Shown: positions 29,385 through 40,390, numbered from the stretch's first letter. The stretch is DNA of 64,000 nt from an uncultured delta proteobacterium (GCA_963794325.1 CAWCDG010000002.1:192001-256000); one strand, 5' to 3'. Numbers and translations: made by a program. Notes: generated by a model from the sequence alone, not told the origin.

Positions 29385-29723
29385 CTATGCGGCGGAGGGG
29401 GGCGCCTGCGTCGGCGCCGATGCGGAATCGAACGGAGCGAAACCATGCCAGGAATCGGTGCTCGTGACTACGCTTCCGATCTCGAGAGGCTCGACGAACA
29501 GCGCGCTGGCTGGATTGAGACTCGAATGGAACGCGAGCTGGCAGAGTGCGCAGAATCCGGTATCGAGGGACGGTCGCGCCGACACTACCGTCGTAGCCGA
29601 CGGTGTCGGCGGATGCGAATGCACGACGGCGACAAATTGCGCAACCAGAATTAATGCCGCGCCGAAAACGGCAATCGATCGCCTAAGGCTCAAACGAGTC
29701 GAACTCTTGCGTGAAATTGCCAT
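29385..29723 (-). CDS. Small HxH/CxxC protein (DUF2946-like)
   Basis: TM segment, HSH, CALCQ and C-terminal QAPP; first gene of the metal-uptake operon. Confidence 0.6.
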   Translation of the reverse strand: MAISRKSSTRLSLRRSIAVFGAALILVAQFVAVVHSHPPTPSATTVVSARPSLDTGFCALCQLAFHSSLNPASALFVEPLEIGSVVTSTDSWHGFAPFDSASAPTQAPPSAA

Positions 29724-29909
29724 TCAGTCGCGAGGCCCCGCGCGAGAGCCTCAATCAAGCATGTAACAGGGTTTGCGCAACTAATGGAATCGAGAGTGCG
29801 AAGCGCTCGTGCCAGAGTCCACGGAGAGCGGCGGGACAAACTCTATCGTCTTTCCGTCGCTGACAGCCGCGGGAATTGAGCTGAGAGAGCGGATACTCAG
29901 GTCGAGGTG

Positions 29910-30323
29910 CTAGCGCGGGGTGAGCATGACTACGGGGATGTTGCGTTTCGTGCCGGCCTGGTACTTGTCGTAGTCGGGCCACTGCGCTGTCATGATCGGC
30001 CACACGCGCTTCTTTTCTTCGGCCGTCGCAGTCCGCGCACGGACCGGAATCACCTTGTCCCACACCTGGATCTTCACATCGGGGTGGGCGAGCAGGTTTT
30101 TGTACCACCCGGGATCGTCGGGCGCGCCACCTTTCGAAGCGACAATCAGATAGTTGTCGCCGTCGCGCCCGTAGATCAGCGGGAATTTTTTCGTCTCGCC
30201 AGATTTCCGCCCGATGGTGTGCAACACCAGACAACTGGTGTTGTTCCAATCGTGGCCAGTCTTACCGCCGGTCGTCTCGTACTGGCGGACGTGTTCGTCT
30301 CCGAACAAGCTGTAGTCAGGCAT
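29910..30323 (-). CDS. Nitroreductase-family deazaflavin (F420)-dependent oxidoreductase (Ddn-like)
   Basis: LHTIGRKSG, VASKGGAPDDPGWYKNL, YQAGTKRNIPVV. Confidence 0.9.
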   Translation of the reverse strand: MPDYSLFGDEHVRQYETTGGKTGHDWNNTSCLVLHTIGRKSGETKKFPLIYGRDGDNYLIVASKGGAPDDPGWYKNLLAHPDVKIQVWDKVIPVRARTATAEEKKRVWPIMTAQWPDYDKYQAGTKRNIPVVMLTPR

Positions 30324-30373
30324 GGGTATCAGACTGCCACGTTGGCAACCCTCTGGCCAACCCTGTCGCGAAA

Positions 30374-33300
30374 TCAGCCGAGAACAATTCGCACTCGATG
30401 GGTGACGCTGTCGTCGGCGAGGGCGATTTGCGCCGGGCGTGCTGGTAGCGCGTTGCCGTCCAGCTCGAGGATGCTCACGCCGCAACTGACGCCACGCGGG
30501 TTTTCGACCGCGATTTCGTAGCGTGTCGTGCGGTATCGATAGACGATATCGAAGCGCGGCCACTTCTTCGGGATGCACGGATCGATCTGCAACGTTGTGC
30601 CGCGCAGACGAAAGCCCAGTATCCATTCGAGACCCGCGCGGTACATCCAACCCGCGGAGCCCGTGTACCAGGTCCATCCTCCACGCCCGACGTGCGGCGG
30701 CATCGAGTAGACGTCGGCGCACACGACGTAAGGCTCGACTTTGTAGCGTTGGATTCCGGCGCGAGTGTTCGCGTGATTGATCGGGTTCAGCATCGAGAAC
30801 AGCTCGTTCGCCCTATCGCCATCGCCGAGCATCGCAAACGCGATCACCGACCAAAGTGCGCCATGCGTGTATTGGCCGCCGTTCTCCCGGAGGCCGGGCG
30901 GATAGCCCTTGATATAGCCGGGATCCTGCGCCGGGTGATCGAAAGGCGGGGTGAATAGCAGCACCAGGGCGTCCTCGCGTTTTACCAGGTACTCGTCGAC
31001 CGCAGTCATCGCGGCCGCAGCGCGGACCGGATTCGCGGCGCCGGAGATTACGCTCCACGACTGCGCGATCGAATCGATGCGGCACTCGATACTGCCGGCC
31101 GAGCCGAGCGGCGTGCCGTCATCGAAGTAGCCGCGCCGATACCAGTCGCCGTCCCATCCGTCGCGATCGAGCGCTTCCGCAAGCGCCGTCGCATGACTGC
31201 GCCAGGTCGAAGCGCGCGCCTCTTCGCGGCGAAGATCGGCCAGCGGCGCGAACGCCTGGAGCGTCGCGAGGAGGAACCATCCGAGCCAGATGCTCTCGCC
31301 TTTGCCTGCCTCGCCAACGCGATTCATGCCGTCGTTCCAGTCGCCGGATTCGAAAAGCGGAATTCCGTGGATTCCAACCGCGAGGCTTCGGTCCAAGCCA
31401 AGCGCGCAATGTTCGAAGATGGTGCCGCGCTGTTCGGAGACGGTGGGCTGAAAAAACGATTCAACCTCGCCAGGGTGCAGCGGCGGGCCGTCGAGGAACG
31501 GGACCGTTTCGTCGAGTATGCCGGCGTCGCCGGTCACCTCTATATAATGAGCGACCGCATACGCGAGCCAGACGCGGTCGTCGGCGATGCGCGTACGAAC
31601 TCCCTGTCCCTTGGGCGGCAGCCACCAATGTTGCACGTCGCCTTCGACGAACTGTCGCGATGCGGCGCGAATCAGCTGCTCCCGCGTCAGCGCAGGCTGG
31701 GCCACCGCCAATGCCATCACGTCCTGGAGCTGATCGCGGAAGCCGTACGCGCCGCCCGCCTGGTAGAAGGCCGATCGCGCCCTCACGCGGCACGCCAGGG
31801 TCTGATACAGCAGCCATCGGTTCAGCATGAGGTCCATCGAGCGGTCCGGAGTCCGCACCTGCACCGTGCCCAGCAAGTCGTCCCAGTATTGCGTGACCGT
31901 GGCCAGGACGGAGTCGAGGTCGGCGGCGCGATATTTCTTGATCGAGGCAATCGCGTCCGGCCTGCTCGCCGCCTCGCCGAGGAAGAAAACGACCTCGCTC
32001 GCGGCGTTGGGTTTGAGCGAAACGGTAGTCCGCAAGGCCGCGCATGGATCCATCGCGGCGCCAGCCTTGGCGGACAACGGATTGCCCGCTGCGAGGGCGG
32101 CGGGATTGTCGAGCGTTCCGTTACGGCCGAGAAACGCGGTTCGGTCCGCCGTCCATGACAGTGGATTGCCGCGCAAGTCGGCGAATGCGACCCGGCTTCC
32201 GTACTCGATGCTGAAAGAGTTGTGCGCGAGTATCGCGTGAGTTTCGGGCTCGGTTTCGGTGACGATGTATGGGGCGGAGGCGCCGCGCGAAGTGCCGAGC
32301 ACCCATTCAACGTACGCGGTGACCGACAGACGCCTCGCGCGCGGCGTGAGATTTCGAATCTTCAGCCGCGAAATTTTGATCGAGTCGTCCAGCGGCACAT
32401 ACTGCGTCAGCTCGAGTGAAATTCCGTGCGAGGTATGCTCGAAGACGGTGTAGCCGTGGCCGTGACGAACGACGTACGGGGCGCCATCCTCGCGGATTGG
32501 CAACGCGGTCGGTCCCCACAGTTCGCCGGTATCGAGGTCCTGAACGTAGAGCACCTCGCCCGGACGATCGGCCACTGGATCGTTTGACCATTGCGTAATC
32601 TGATGCTGCTGACTGTTGATTGCCCAGGTGTAACCCGCGCCTTCGACCGAAACCTGGAAGCCGAATGAGGCATTCGCGATCACGTTGATCCACGGCGCCG
32701 GCGTCCATTGTCCTTCGCCGAGAATCGTTACGTACTCATTGCCGTCGGCGGCAAACCCGCCAAGCCCGTTGAAAAATTCGAGGTCGCGCCGCGGCATGAC
32801 GACATCCGCGCGTCGTATCGCGGCAGTTCGACGCGGCGGCGGCCCGGCCGCGGGCTCGAACATCTCGATCCGTTTGACCTGCTCGGACAGGGTCCCGCGG
32901 CGGCTGAGCAACACCGCCCGCGCCACGGTCTGCAGAACGCTGCGCAGCTCGGCCGACACGAGGTCGACGCGCAGCACGAAGACATTTCCATACGAGGTTT
33001 GCCCATCCGCCGGCACCGGCGCGCTCCGGACAAGACCCTCGAGCGCGGACTGGAGTTCCTGATGGTACGACGGCGGGCGCTCGTTCAGTATCACGAGATC
33101 GACGGCGAGCCGCTTCATCCGCCAGTACTCGTGCGCGCGGACCAGCTCACGCACGATCTCCATATCCTCGGTCTCGTCGATTCGCACGAGCACGATGGGC
33201 AGGTCGCCTGAAATTCCCGCCGGCCATAGCTTCGATTGTCCACCCTCGCCGCGCCGCAGCAGGTCGGACGAAGGGCGCAGCGTCGGGTCGGAATAGATCA

Positions 33301-36300
33301 CGCGATTGGCGATGCGCTGAAAAAGATGCGCTTCGTCGGCGTCAACCCGCAGGTGATGCAGTTGCACTTGCGCCTGCGTCCACGCCAGCGTCACCGCGCG
33401 TTCGAAGGCGTTCGAGTCGCGATGCTTGTCGACCAGGTCGAGCGCTTCGGTGCGCGACGGTGCGATGATAGTCCAGAACGCGACGCGCGCCGTCGCGCCG
33501 GCCGGGATGCGCACACGACGGCGAACGCTGAAGATCGGATCGAGCACGGTGCCGACAGTATCCGAGAGCGGCCGCCCGTCGATCACCGAAACAGCGTCGC
33601 GGAGGTTGCGCCCGCGCCCAAGAAATCGCGCGCGGTCGGTCTCGAATTGCATCTCTCCTACCGACTCACCCTGGACCACCGCCAGATGCGCCGCCCAGAC
33701 CGGCACTTCGGTGGGCGAGCGGAGTCGCCGCGTGGCGAGAATCGCGCCGGCTTCGGCGTCGAACTCCGTCTGCACGAACATCTTGGAGAAGGCCGGATGC
33801 GCAGTGTCGGACGCCTCGGTCGCCAGCACGATTTCAGCGTACGAGGTCAGCTCGACTTCGCGCATGCGAGTGCCAAGATTGGAAATCGATACGCGCCGCA
33901 CTTCGGCGTCGTCCTCGGCCGACACTGCGACTTCGAGCGTGGTCGTCATGATGCCGTCGCGCCGCACGATTTCCGCGCGGTCCTCGGAGAACTCGACTTC
34001 GTAGCTGTCCGCCTCGACGCCGGCAGGCTGGAAACCGGCCGACCAAACCTTGCCGCTCTGCACATCGCGAACGAAGATGTAGGAACCCCACGAATCGCAG
34101 GTGACGTCTTCGCGCCATCGGGTGACCGCCATCTCGCGCCAGCGGCTGAAGCCCGATCCGGCCGCGGTGATCATCACGGTATAGTTGCCGTTGGACAGCA
34201 AATGGGTGCGCGGGATCAGATCGTGCGGCGAGTGGAAGCGGCGAACGGTGGGCGGAGCGATCTCGCGAATATTGACGTCCGCCTCGGCCTCTTCGGCCCG
34301 TGGGCGCGCCACCGCGACATCGCGCGGCGTCCGCTCCTGCAGCAATAACTCGGTCGCCTGAATAATAGGTTCGGCGTGAAATCGCGCGCGCATCACGCCA
34401 CGGTTGAGCGCGTCTGCAATCGCCACCAGCGTCATGCCCTGGTGATGCGCCATGTATGCGCGCACGACGGCAACGCTCTGGCCTTCGGGCACGCGCGACG
34501 GCGTGTAGTCCAGCGCCTCGTACCAGCCAAAATGACCGAGGCCGCCCGCGGCCAGCAGCGCCGAGAAGTTTTGTGCGGCAGCCTCCGGATCGACCATCGC
34601 CGCCAGCGCCGTCGCGTACGGTGCGATCACTGCGTTCTCGCTCAGCCCGCGCTTGAGTCCGAGTCCGGGCACGCCGAAGTTCGAGTACTGATAGGTGAGC
34701 TCGAGGTCGCGCGCGTTGTAGGCGGACTCCGAGATTCCCCACGGCATCCCGAGCTCGGCGCCATACTTCATCTGACGGCGCACCACCAGCCGACTGGTCT
34801 GCTCGAGCAGGCTGCCGACCGGCGCGCGCATCACCAGCGAGGGCATCAGGTACTCGAACATCGAGCCCGACCACGAGATAAGAGCCGATCCGCGATCGAC
34901 CGGCGTCATCGCGCGTCCGAGCCGGAACCAGTGCCGCGCTGGAACTTCACCCTTCGCGATTGCGACGAAACTTGCGAGCCGCGCCTCCGACGCAAGCAGG
35001 TCGTAACAATTTGATTCGAGGCTCCCGTCAGTGACGCGGTAGCCAATCGAAAGAAGTTGGCGCGCGGGATCGAGCAGGAAGTCGAACTTCATGGCATCGA
35101 ACATCTTGCCCACGGTCGCGGCGAGTTCGGTGATGCGCCGCTCGAGCGCTACCGCCGCCTCGCCCATGTGTGCGACGGCGGCTTGATCGATCGTTGAGGG
35201 CTGGTTGGCGGCTCCGTTGTACAGATCCGGCAGATCGCCCAGCGCCGGTATCGAGTCGAGCGCCGTCCGATCGCTTGCCAAGGGCTTCAACAATTCGACG
35301 TCGCGTTGATGACTGCCGATGCACGCTCGCAGCGCCTCCGCCCGTGCGAGCACATCGTCGGCCGCCGGGTCGTCGCGCTCGAGCTTCAACGCGCGCGCGA
35401 TGTCGGTGATTGAATCGCTGTCGGCTGCGAGTTCCTCGAACTTTGCGCGCAACTGTGACGCGGTATGCGGATTCGACGCGATCAAACGCGCCATGGTATC
35501 GAGCGCCTCCGCGAGCTGCTTTGGCGTGACGGTGTGACTGCGCCGGTCGTCGCGCAAACCACCCAGCGACTCGCGCAGGAGCGCGATGGAGTCTTCGATC
35601 CCGTTGAGCCAATTCCGGTCCACCACCGGCCGCGCGATCATCTCGCGCAATGCGTTGCCGAGCGCGATCAGATGTCCCGCGAGGTTGCCGCTGTCCACCG
35701 ACGACACGTATTTCGGATCCAGCGGCCGCAGGTCGCGCGTGCCGTACCAGTTGTAGAAATGACCGCGAAACTGCTCCATCCGCTTCATTGTGTCGAGCGT
35801 CGCGCCCAGCCGATCGACGGTCTCAAACGTTCCGATCCAGCCGAAGTCGTGAGCCGCGATGACCGACAGCAGATACAGGCCGAGGTTGGTGGGCGACGTC
35901 CGATGCGCCAGCACGGGCTTCGGGTCTTCCTGAAAATTGTCCGGCGGCAGCATATTGTCTTCGGCGGTCACGAACTTCTCAAAAAATTGCCACGTCCGGC
36001 GCGCGGTCAGGCGAAGCGTCATCGTGTCGGCGGGCGATAGCGGGGTTGCGCCCGCGATCGGCGGCGGCAAGCTGACCCATCGCGCGACTGCCGGCGAGAG
36101 CATCCACAAAATCACGAAGGGCGCGGCAACCATTGCGCCGCCGCGACCTTCGAAAGCGACCAAGACCGCGGCCGCCGATGCCAGGACTATTGCGCCAGCC
36201 ATCGTCGCGTAAAACCCGCGAACATCGAGACGCCTGGTCCCCTTCGCCTGCGCCGCAGTCGTCCACTCGAGCATCAACCGATGACTCACGTACACGCGGT

Positions 36301-39079
36301 AAAGAGTTCGCGAAATTGCGTCGGTCATCAGCCAGGCCTGATGCGCGAGCAGCATCAGCATCATCGCGAGCTGCGACATTCCTCCAACGAAATCCTTGGC
36401 GACGGCGAGGATATGGCTGCGCTTGGAGATGTCTCGGCGTCGCGGGATGATTCCGGTCACGAACGGGAGCATCGGCGCCGTCGCGATCGTCGCGACAATG
36501 AACGCGGTCCACATCGCGGCGGCGGCCAGCGGCAACGTCCACCCAGCGACCAACGCCAGGAACACGAATGGCGCCGACAGCGTGCGGCGCAGGTTGTCGA
36601 TCATTTTCCAGCGCCCGAGCGGCGGCATCGACGATCGGCGCTCACGCGGCTGCAAACCAGCCGGGTCGGCGTCGGAAGCGTGCGCACGGCCGAGAATCCA
36701 CGGCAGCAGTTGCCAGTCGCCGCGGGCCCATCGATGCTGCCTGCCTGCGGCAACGTCATAACGCGACGGAAACTCCTCGACCAGTTCGATGTCGGAGGCC
36801 AATCCCGAGCGCGCAAAAGTTCCTTCGAAAAGATCGTGGCTCAGGAGCGTGTCGTGGGGAACGCGGCCCGCGAGCGCGGCCTCGAACACATCGACATCGT
36901 AAATCCCCTTGCCGCTGTACGAACCTTCATCGAGCAGATCTTCGTACACGTCGGAGACGGCGAAGGCGTAAGGATCGATTCCCGCAGCGCTCGAGAACAC
37001 CCGCTGGAAAACCGATCCGTCGCGCCCGGTCGGCAGTGACGCAGTGATTCGCGGCTGAAGAACTGCGTGGCCTTCGACCACCCGGCCGAGTTCCCGGTCG
37101 AATAGTGGGGCGTTCAGCGGATGCGCCATTTTGCCTACCATCCGCTTCGCGGCGCCGCGCGGAAGACGCGTGTCGGCGTCGAGCGTGATCACGTAGCGCA
37201 CGCCGTCGGGGACTGCCGGCGGGTGCCCGTCTGAGGCGACGAACGTCGTATCGGTTCCGCCGCGCAGCAGGCGATTCAGTTCGTGCAGCTTTCCGCGTTT
37301 GCGCTCCCGACCCATCCACACGCCTTCAGCTTCATCCCATGCACGCCGGCGATGGAGCAGCAAGAATCGCGGGCTGGCCAGTCCCGGTCCGTGACGCTGA
37401 TTCAGGCGCGCGATTCCCACCGCCGCCGCGGCCAGCAGATCCTCGTCGCCGAGCGCAGCTTCGGTTGCAGAGTCGGTCCAGTCCGACAAGAGTGCGAAAT
37501 ACAGCTCGCCGTCCGGACTTGCCAGGTAATGAACCTCGAGACGCTCGATCTGCTCATCTATCTCGGCGCGCGTAGTCAACAGAGTCGGCATAACGACTAT
37601 CGTGCGCAGACTCGCCGGCACACCGTCGAGAAGTTCGAGCGCGGGAATCATGGCCGGACCGATGACGGTCGTGACGGCGCGGTTGACGATCGCGACCGCC
37701 GCGTCCATCGCCGGAATTATCGCGAGCATCGCCAGAATGAACCGGGTCCGTTCACCGATGTGAACGCCGGCAATCGCAAACAGGCCGTCCCCGACGATGA
37801 CTGCGGTGACGACCGCGATGGTGCCGAGGTATCCCTTGATTCCAGCGGCTGCGTTGGCGCGAGCAATCCAGTCGCGGACCGGCGCCCGAAATCCCAACTT
37901 CGCTTCGAGCGCGCGGCGACCTTCAGAAATAAGGTAGTAGCCCGGATGATTTCTGCGACGCGCGATCACTCCGTCGCCATTCGGCGGTTCAGCCGTCGCA
38001 CTTTTTGCCGATTCGATCGCGCACTGTGCAACCTCGATTTCGGTATGTCCCGAACCTAGCGCAAGTTTTTCGATCGCATGGCGGTAGCGATCGCGCGTGG
38101 CAAAATCCATCGCGCCAAAGTCGCTGTCGGTGCGCAGCACCGCGTCCACCTGGCTCACGCTCTCGAAGAAATCCGCCCAATCGACCGCCGACATCAGGCG
38201 CATGCTGGTGATAACGTTGCGCACCGTCACGTTCATCGCGCCCTGTCCCTGATGCACCTGGCGCACGATCTCTTCGGCGGTGGTTCCTTCCTCCGCCAGC
38301 CGCCGGTGCAGCCAATCCAGCGCAGGCGTCACTTTGGAATCCTGATCGCGCAGGCGCTGAACCATCTCGACCGCGAACGCCGCCGCAATCGGCGACCGAT
38401 CGAAATCCTTGAACACGGCGTCGGCCGGCTCCGGGTCGCGGCCGTTCGATCCCAACAGGCGGTCCGCGAGTGCGTCCGCCTTTTGGCGTTGCGCACGGCC
38501 GCGGCCAATCTCCTCGGCCCCGCGCCGCAAATTTTCGACCAGCACGATTCGAAGCGTGATCGCCACCGCCCACAGTTCGCCGATAGTCAGCGGCTGCACG
38601 CGCTGGTAAGCCTGCACGAACCTCACGAGCATCTGCGTATCGAAGTGACTGTCGGTATGCGCGACGTAGGCCCACGCGATTCCGAACACGCGCGGATACC
38701 CTTCCAGCGGACCCTCCGCGAGCTTGGGCAGTTGCCGGTAGAATCCGCGCGGCAGGTCGTCGCGAATTTCGCGAATCTGCTCTTCGACCACGTGAAAATT
38801 GTCGACCAGCCACTCCGCCGCCGGCGTGATTGCACGCTCCTCACGAATCGCGACCGCGGTACTCCGATATGCGTCGAGCAGTACGCGTCCGTTTTCCCGC
38901 ACGCGCGCCACTATCGGCCTGCCGCGCCCCGGAGAGTCCGTCACGCGCTGCGCTACCGCGAGCGTCTCGCCGTGCTGCTCGAGGCGCTCGACGCTGAACA
39001 GTTCTGCTCGGATAGGCTCTTCGGGATGCGCGAAGCCGGGCGGCGGTGCTTTAGGCGAACGGAGAAACAACAGACTCAA
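30374..39079 (-). CDS. ndvB: Cyclic beta-1,2-glucan synthase (NdvB/Cgs/ChvB) with C-terminal GH94 domain
   Basis: 2901 aa; EWLVDNF, ERKRGKL, TLDADT, LLSHD, RQHRWARGDWQ, YDLLASEARL, GDWNDG, GRGGWTWYTGSAGW. Confidence 0.95.
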   Translation of the reverse strand: MSLLFLRSPKAPPPGFAHPEEPIRAELFSVERLEQHGETLAVAQRVTDSPGRGRPIVARVRENGRVLLDAYRSTAVAIREERAITPAAEWLVDNFHVVEEQIREIRDDLPRGFYRQLPKLAEGPLEGYPRVFGIAWAYVAHTDSHFDTQMLVRFVQAYQRVQPLTIGELWAVAITLRIVLVENLRRGAEEIGRGRAQRQKADALADRLLGSNGRDPEPADAVFKDFDRSPIAAAFAVEMVQRLRDQDSKVTPALDWLHRRLAEEGTTAEEIVRQVHQGQGAMNVTVRNVITSMRLMSAVDWADFFESVSQVDAVLRTDSDFGAMDFATRDRYRHAIEKLALGSGHTEIEVAQCAIESAKSATAEPPNGDGVIARRRNHPGYYLISEGRRALEAKLGFRAPVRDWIARANAAAGIKGYLGTIAVVTAVIVGDGLFAIAGVHIGERTRFILAMLAIIPAMDAAVAIVNRAVTTVIGPAMIPALELLDGVPASLRTIVVMPTLLTTRAEIDEQIERLEVHYLASPDGELYFALLSDWTDSATEAALGDEDLLAAAAVGIARLNQRHGPGLASPRFLLLHRRRAWDEAEGVWMGRERKRGKLHELNRLLRGGTDTTFVASDGHPPAVPDGVRYVITLDADTRLPRGAAKRMVGKMAHPLNAPLFDRELGRVVEGHAVLQPRITASLPTGRDGSVFQRVFSSAAGIDPYAFAVSDVYEDLLDEGSYSGKGIYDVDVFEAALAGRVPHDTLLSHDLFEGTFARSGLASDIELVEEFPSRYDVAAGRQHRWARGDWQLLPWILGRAHASDADPAGLQPRERRSSMPPLGRWKMIDNLRRTLSAPFVFLALVAGWTLPLAAAAMWTAFIVATIATAPMLPFVTGIIPRRRDISKRSHILAVAKDFVGGMSQLAMMLMLLAHQAWLMTDAISRTLYRVYVSHRLMLEWTTAAQAKGTRRLDVRGFYATMAGAIVLASAAAVLVAFEGRGGAMVAAPFVILWMLSPAVARWVSLPPPIAGATPLSPADTMTLRLTARRTWQFFEKFVTAEDNMLPPDNFQEDPKPVLAHRTSPTNLGLYLLSVIAAHDFGWIGTFETVDRLGATLDTMKRMEQFRGHFYNWYGTRDLRPLDPKYVSSVDSGNLAGHLIALGNALREMIARPVVDRNWLNGIEDSIALLRESLGGLRDDRRSHTVTPKQLAEALDTMARLIASNPHTASQLRAKFEELAADSDSITDIARALKLERDDPAADDVLARAEALRACIGSHQRDVELLKPLASDRTALDSIPALGDLPDLYNGAANQPSTIDQAAVAHMGEAAVALERRITELAATVGKMFDAMKFDFLLDPARQLLSIGYRVTDGSLESNCYDLLASEARLASFVAIAKGEVPARHWFRLGRAMTPVDRGSALISWSGSMFEYLMPSLVMRAPVGSLLEQTSRLVVRRQMKYGAELGMPWGISESAYNARDLELTYQYSNFGVPGLGLKRGLSENAVIAPYATALAAMVDPEAAAQNFSALLAAGGLGHFGWYEALDYTPSRVPEGQSVAVVRAYMAHHQGMTLVAIADALNRGVMRARFHAEPIIQATELLLQERTPRDVAVARPRAEEAEADVNIREIAPPTVRRFHSPHDLIPRTHLLSNGNYTVMITAAGSGFSRWREMAVTRWREDVTCDSWGSYIFVRDVQSGKVWSAGFQPAGVEADSYEVEFSEDRAEIVRRDGIMTTTLEVAVSAEDDAEVRRVSISNLGTRMREVELTSYAEIVLATEASDTAHPAFSKMFVQTEFDAEAGAILATRRLRSPTEVPVWAAHLAVVQGESVGEMQFETDRARFLGRGRNLRDAVSVIDGRPLSDTVGTVLDPIFSVRRRVRIPAGATARVAFWTIIAPSRTEALDLVDKHRDSNAFERAVTLAWTQAQVQLHHLRVDADEAHLFQRIANRVIYSDPTLRPSSDLLRRGEGGQSKLWPAGISGDLPIVLVRIDETEDMEIVRELVRAHEYWRMKRLAVDLVILNERPPSYHQELQSALEGLVRSAPVPADGQTSYGNVFVLRVDLVSAELRSVLQTVARAVLLSRRGTLSEQVKRIEMFEPAAGPPPRRTAAIRRADVVMPRRDLEFFNGLGGFAADGNEYVTILGEGQWTPAPWINVIANASFGFQVSVEGAGYTWAINSQQHQITQWSNDPVADRPGEVLYVQDLDTGELWGPTALPIREDGAPYVVRHGHGYTVFEHTSHGISLELTQYVPLDDSIKISRLKIRNLTPRARRLSVTAYVEWVLGTSRGASAPYIVTETEPETHAILAHNSFSIEYGSRVAFADLRGNPLSWTADRTAFLGRNGTLDNPAALAAGNPLSAKAGAAMDPCAALRTTVSLKPNAASEVVFFLGEAASRPDAIASIKKYRAADLDSVLATVTQYWDDLLGTVQVRTPDRSMDLMLNRWLLYQTLACRVRARSAFYQAGGAYGFRDQLQDVMALAVAQPALTREQLIRAASRQFVEGDVQHWWLPPKGQGVRTRIADDRVWLAYAVAHYIEVTGDAGILDETVPFLDGPPLHPGEVESFFQPTVSEQRGTIFEHCALGLDRSLAVGIHGIPLFESGDWNDGMNRVGEAGKGESIWLGWFLLATLQAFAPLADLRREEARASTWRSHATALAEALDRDGWDGDWYRRGYFDDGTPLGSAGSIECRIDSIAQSWSVISGAANPVRAAAAMTAVDEYLVKREDALVLLFTPPFDHPAQDPGYIKGYPPGLRENGGQYTHGALWSVIAFAMLGDGDRANELFSMLNPINHANTRAGIQRYKVEPYVVCADVYSMPPHVGRGGWTWYTGSAGWMYRAGLEWILGFRLRGTTLQIDPCIPKKWPRFDIVYRYRTTRYEIAVENPRGVSCGVSILELDGNALPARPAQIALADDSVTHRVRIVLG

Positions 39080-39286
39080 ATTTGGCCCTCTATCCGAATG
39101 ACCGGCTACGAGATGTACTAAACGCTTGAGCGGCGCCGCTCGACGTGGCGGATGGATCGCGATAGTGCGCCGCCTAGCCTAGCAGAACGCGGATGGAGAA
39201 CCTCGACTTCGGCTCCTGCCCGATTTACGTACAGGCATGGCGGCCTACCGCGTCGGTCGTCGATTCGCAGCGAGGAGAGGCTCCTC

Positions 39287-39790
39287 CTAACTTTTCTGAG
39301 AGCTATCGAAAGTCGCAGGCGACGCGTCCTTATCGGCGTGATTCATCGGCTTAGGCTGCAATTTCGCGATTTCCCTTGTGATACAAGTTCTCTCTTCTGC
39401 GATCTTTCTTTGCGCATCCTGAGCAACGACAAAGGCATAGGTTGCTTGATCCAATTCCCTCTGAAAGCTACTGACAGTCTCGCGCGCTGACAGCGAATCC
39501 AGAACAGCTTGCGTCCTCGCGTTGTAGAAGCTGGTCAATTTTTCCTGCATCGGCGCCGAATGATCGTCTGGACGAGTATTCAGATAACTCAGCCAGTCGA
39601 TGTATGCCTGGCGCGCTTTGCTTTCCTCAAGGACAGCCAGGTCCACGCGTTCCTGCGCGGCCTGAACGTTAGCCCTTGCTCTTTCCAGCTGAGTCCGGCA
39701 CTCCGCCGAACGTCTGTCGCTGGCTGCGATTCGCTCCGTCGCCAGCCTGAGCATTTCGTTAAACGTTATGAGACGCGTGTCGCAAGGCAT
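39287..39790 (-). CDS. Hypothetical coiled-coil protein, copy 1
   Basis: Heptad-rich; paralog at 41893-42210. Confidence 0.6.
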   Translation of the reverse strand: MPCDTRLITFNEMLRLATERIAASDRRSAECRTQLERARANVQAAQERVDLAVLEESKARQAYIDWLSYLNTRPDDHSAPMQEKLTSFYNARTQAVLDSLSARETVSSFQRELDQATYAFVVAQDAQRKIAEERTCITREIAKLQPKPMNHADKDASPATFDSSQKS

Positions 39791-39830
39791 ATCAATTATT
39801 TGCCCTTTACACCTTGGTCAGATTTTTCGG

Positions 39831-40010
39831 CTATTTTTTCGCCCGCCTGTTTACAACACTCGTCGCCTTATCGATCCCGCGCTCCACGACGTCTTTGATC
39901 TTGCCGGTGGCTTGATCCACCTTTCCTTCGTTCTTCAGACGGCGGTCATCCGTCAAAACTCCAACTGCTTCTTTCACACGGCCTTTGATCTTGTCGCTTG
40001 TTCCACTCAT
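39831..40010 (-). CDS. CsbD-family stress protein, copy 1 (not in ORF track)
   Basis: Manual translation MSGTSDKIKGRVKEAVGVLTDDRRLKNEGKVDQATGKIKDVVERGIDKATSVVNRRAKK; GAGGAG RBS. Confidence 0.9.
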   Translation of the reverse strand: MSGTSDKIKGRVKEAVGVLTDDRRLKNEGKVDQATGKIKDVVERGIDKATSVVNRRAKK

Positions 40011-40135
40011 CGCGTTGTTCTCCTCTTGGTCAAATCATTGCTTGGATATAGTTCCCGGTCGCCTCAATGGTCAGCAGGCTCACTCCACACCGATCGTCCG
40101 GCCATGGAGATGAGTCTTTGGGAAGGTTTTTCCGC

Positions 40136-40390
40136 TCGAATTGTAGACGATATCACCGAGCGGTTTTTTGCACCACCAAATGTATCGCGCGGAACTATTT
40201 AATGTTCTCCTGGATACAGATGAGCGGACTCGGAAGAGCCAGGAATCTATCTTGAATCGCAGACCGACGATTTATCGCGCGAGATGGGTTGAGTGCTTAG
40301 GCCGGGGGCAGCCTGCGGTTCCGAGTGTTCGAATCACGTCGCGATCTCCAACGAGCGCCTTCTGCACCGCGTCGGTCGTCGACCCGCACG
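40136..40390. repeat. Duplicated non-coding segment, copy 1
   Basis: Homologous to 45256-45505; core 40250-40363 matches 45372-45485 at 112 of 114 positions. Confidence 0.9.

Noticed and set aside
40278-40350. A complete tRNA or tRNA-Sec gene in the duplicated element
   Set aside because: Only a T-loop-like motif is present; I could not build convincing D and anticodon arms.
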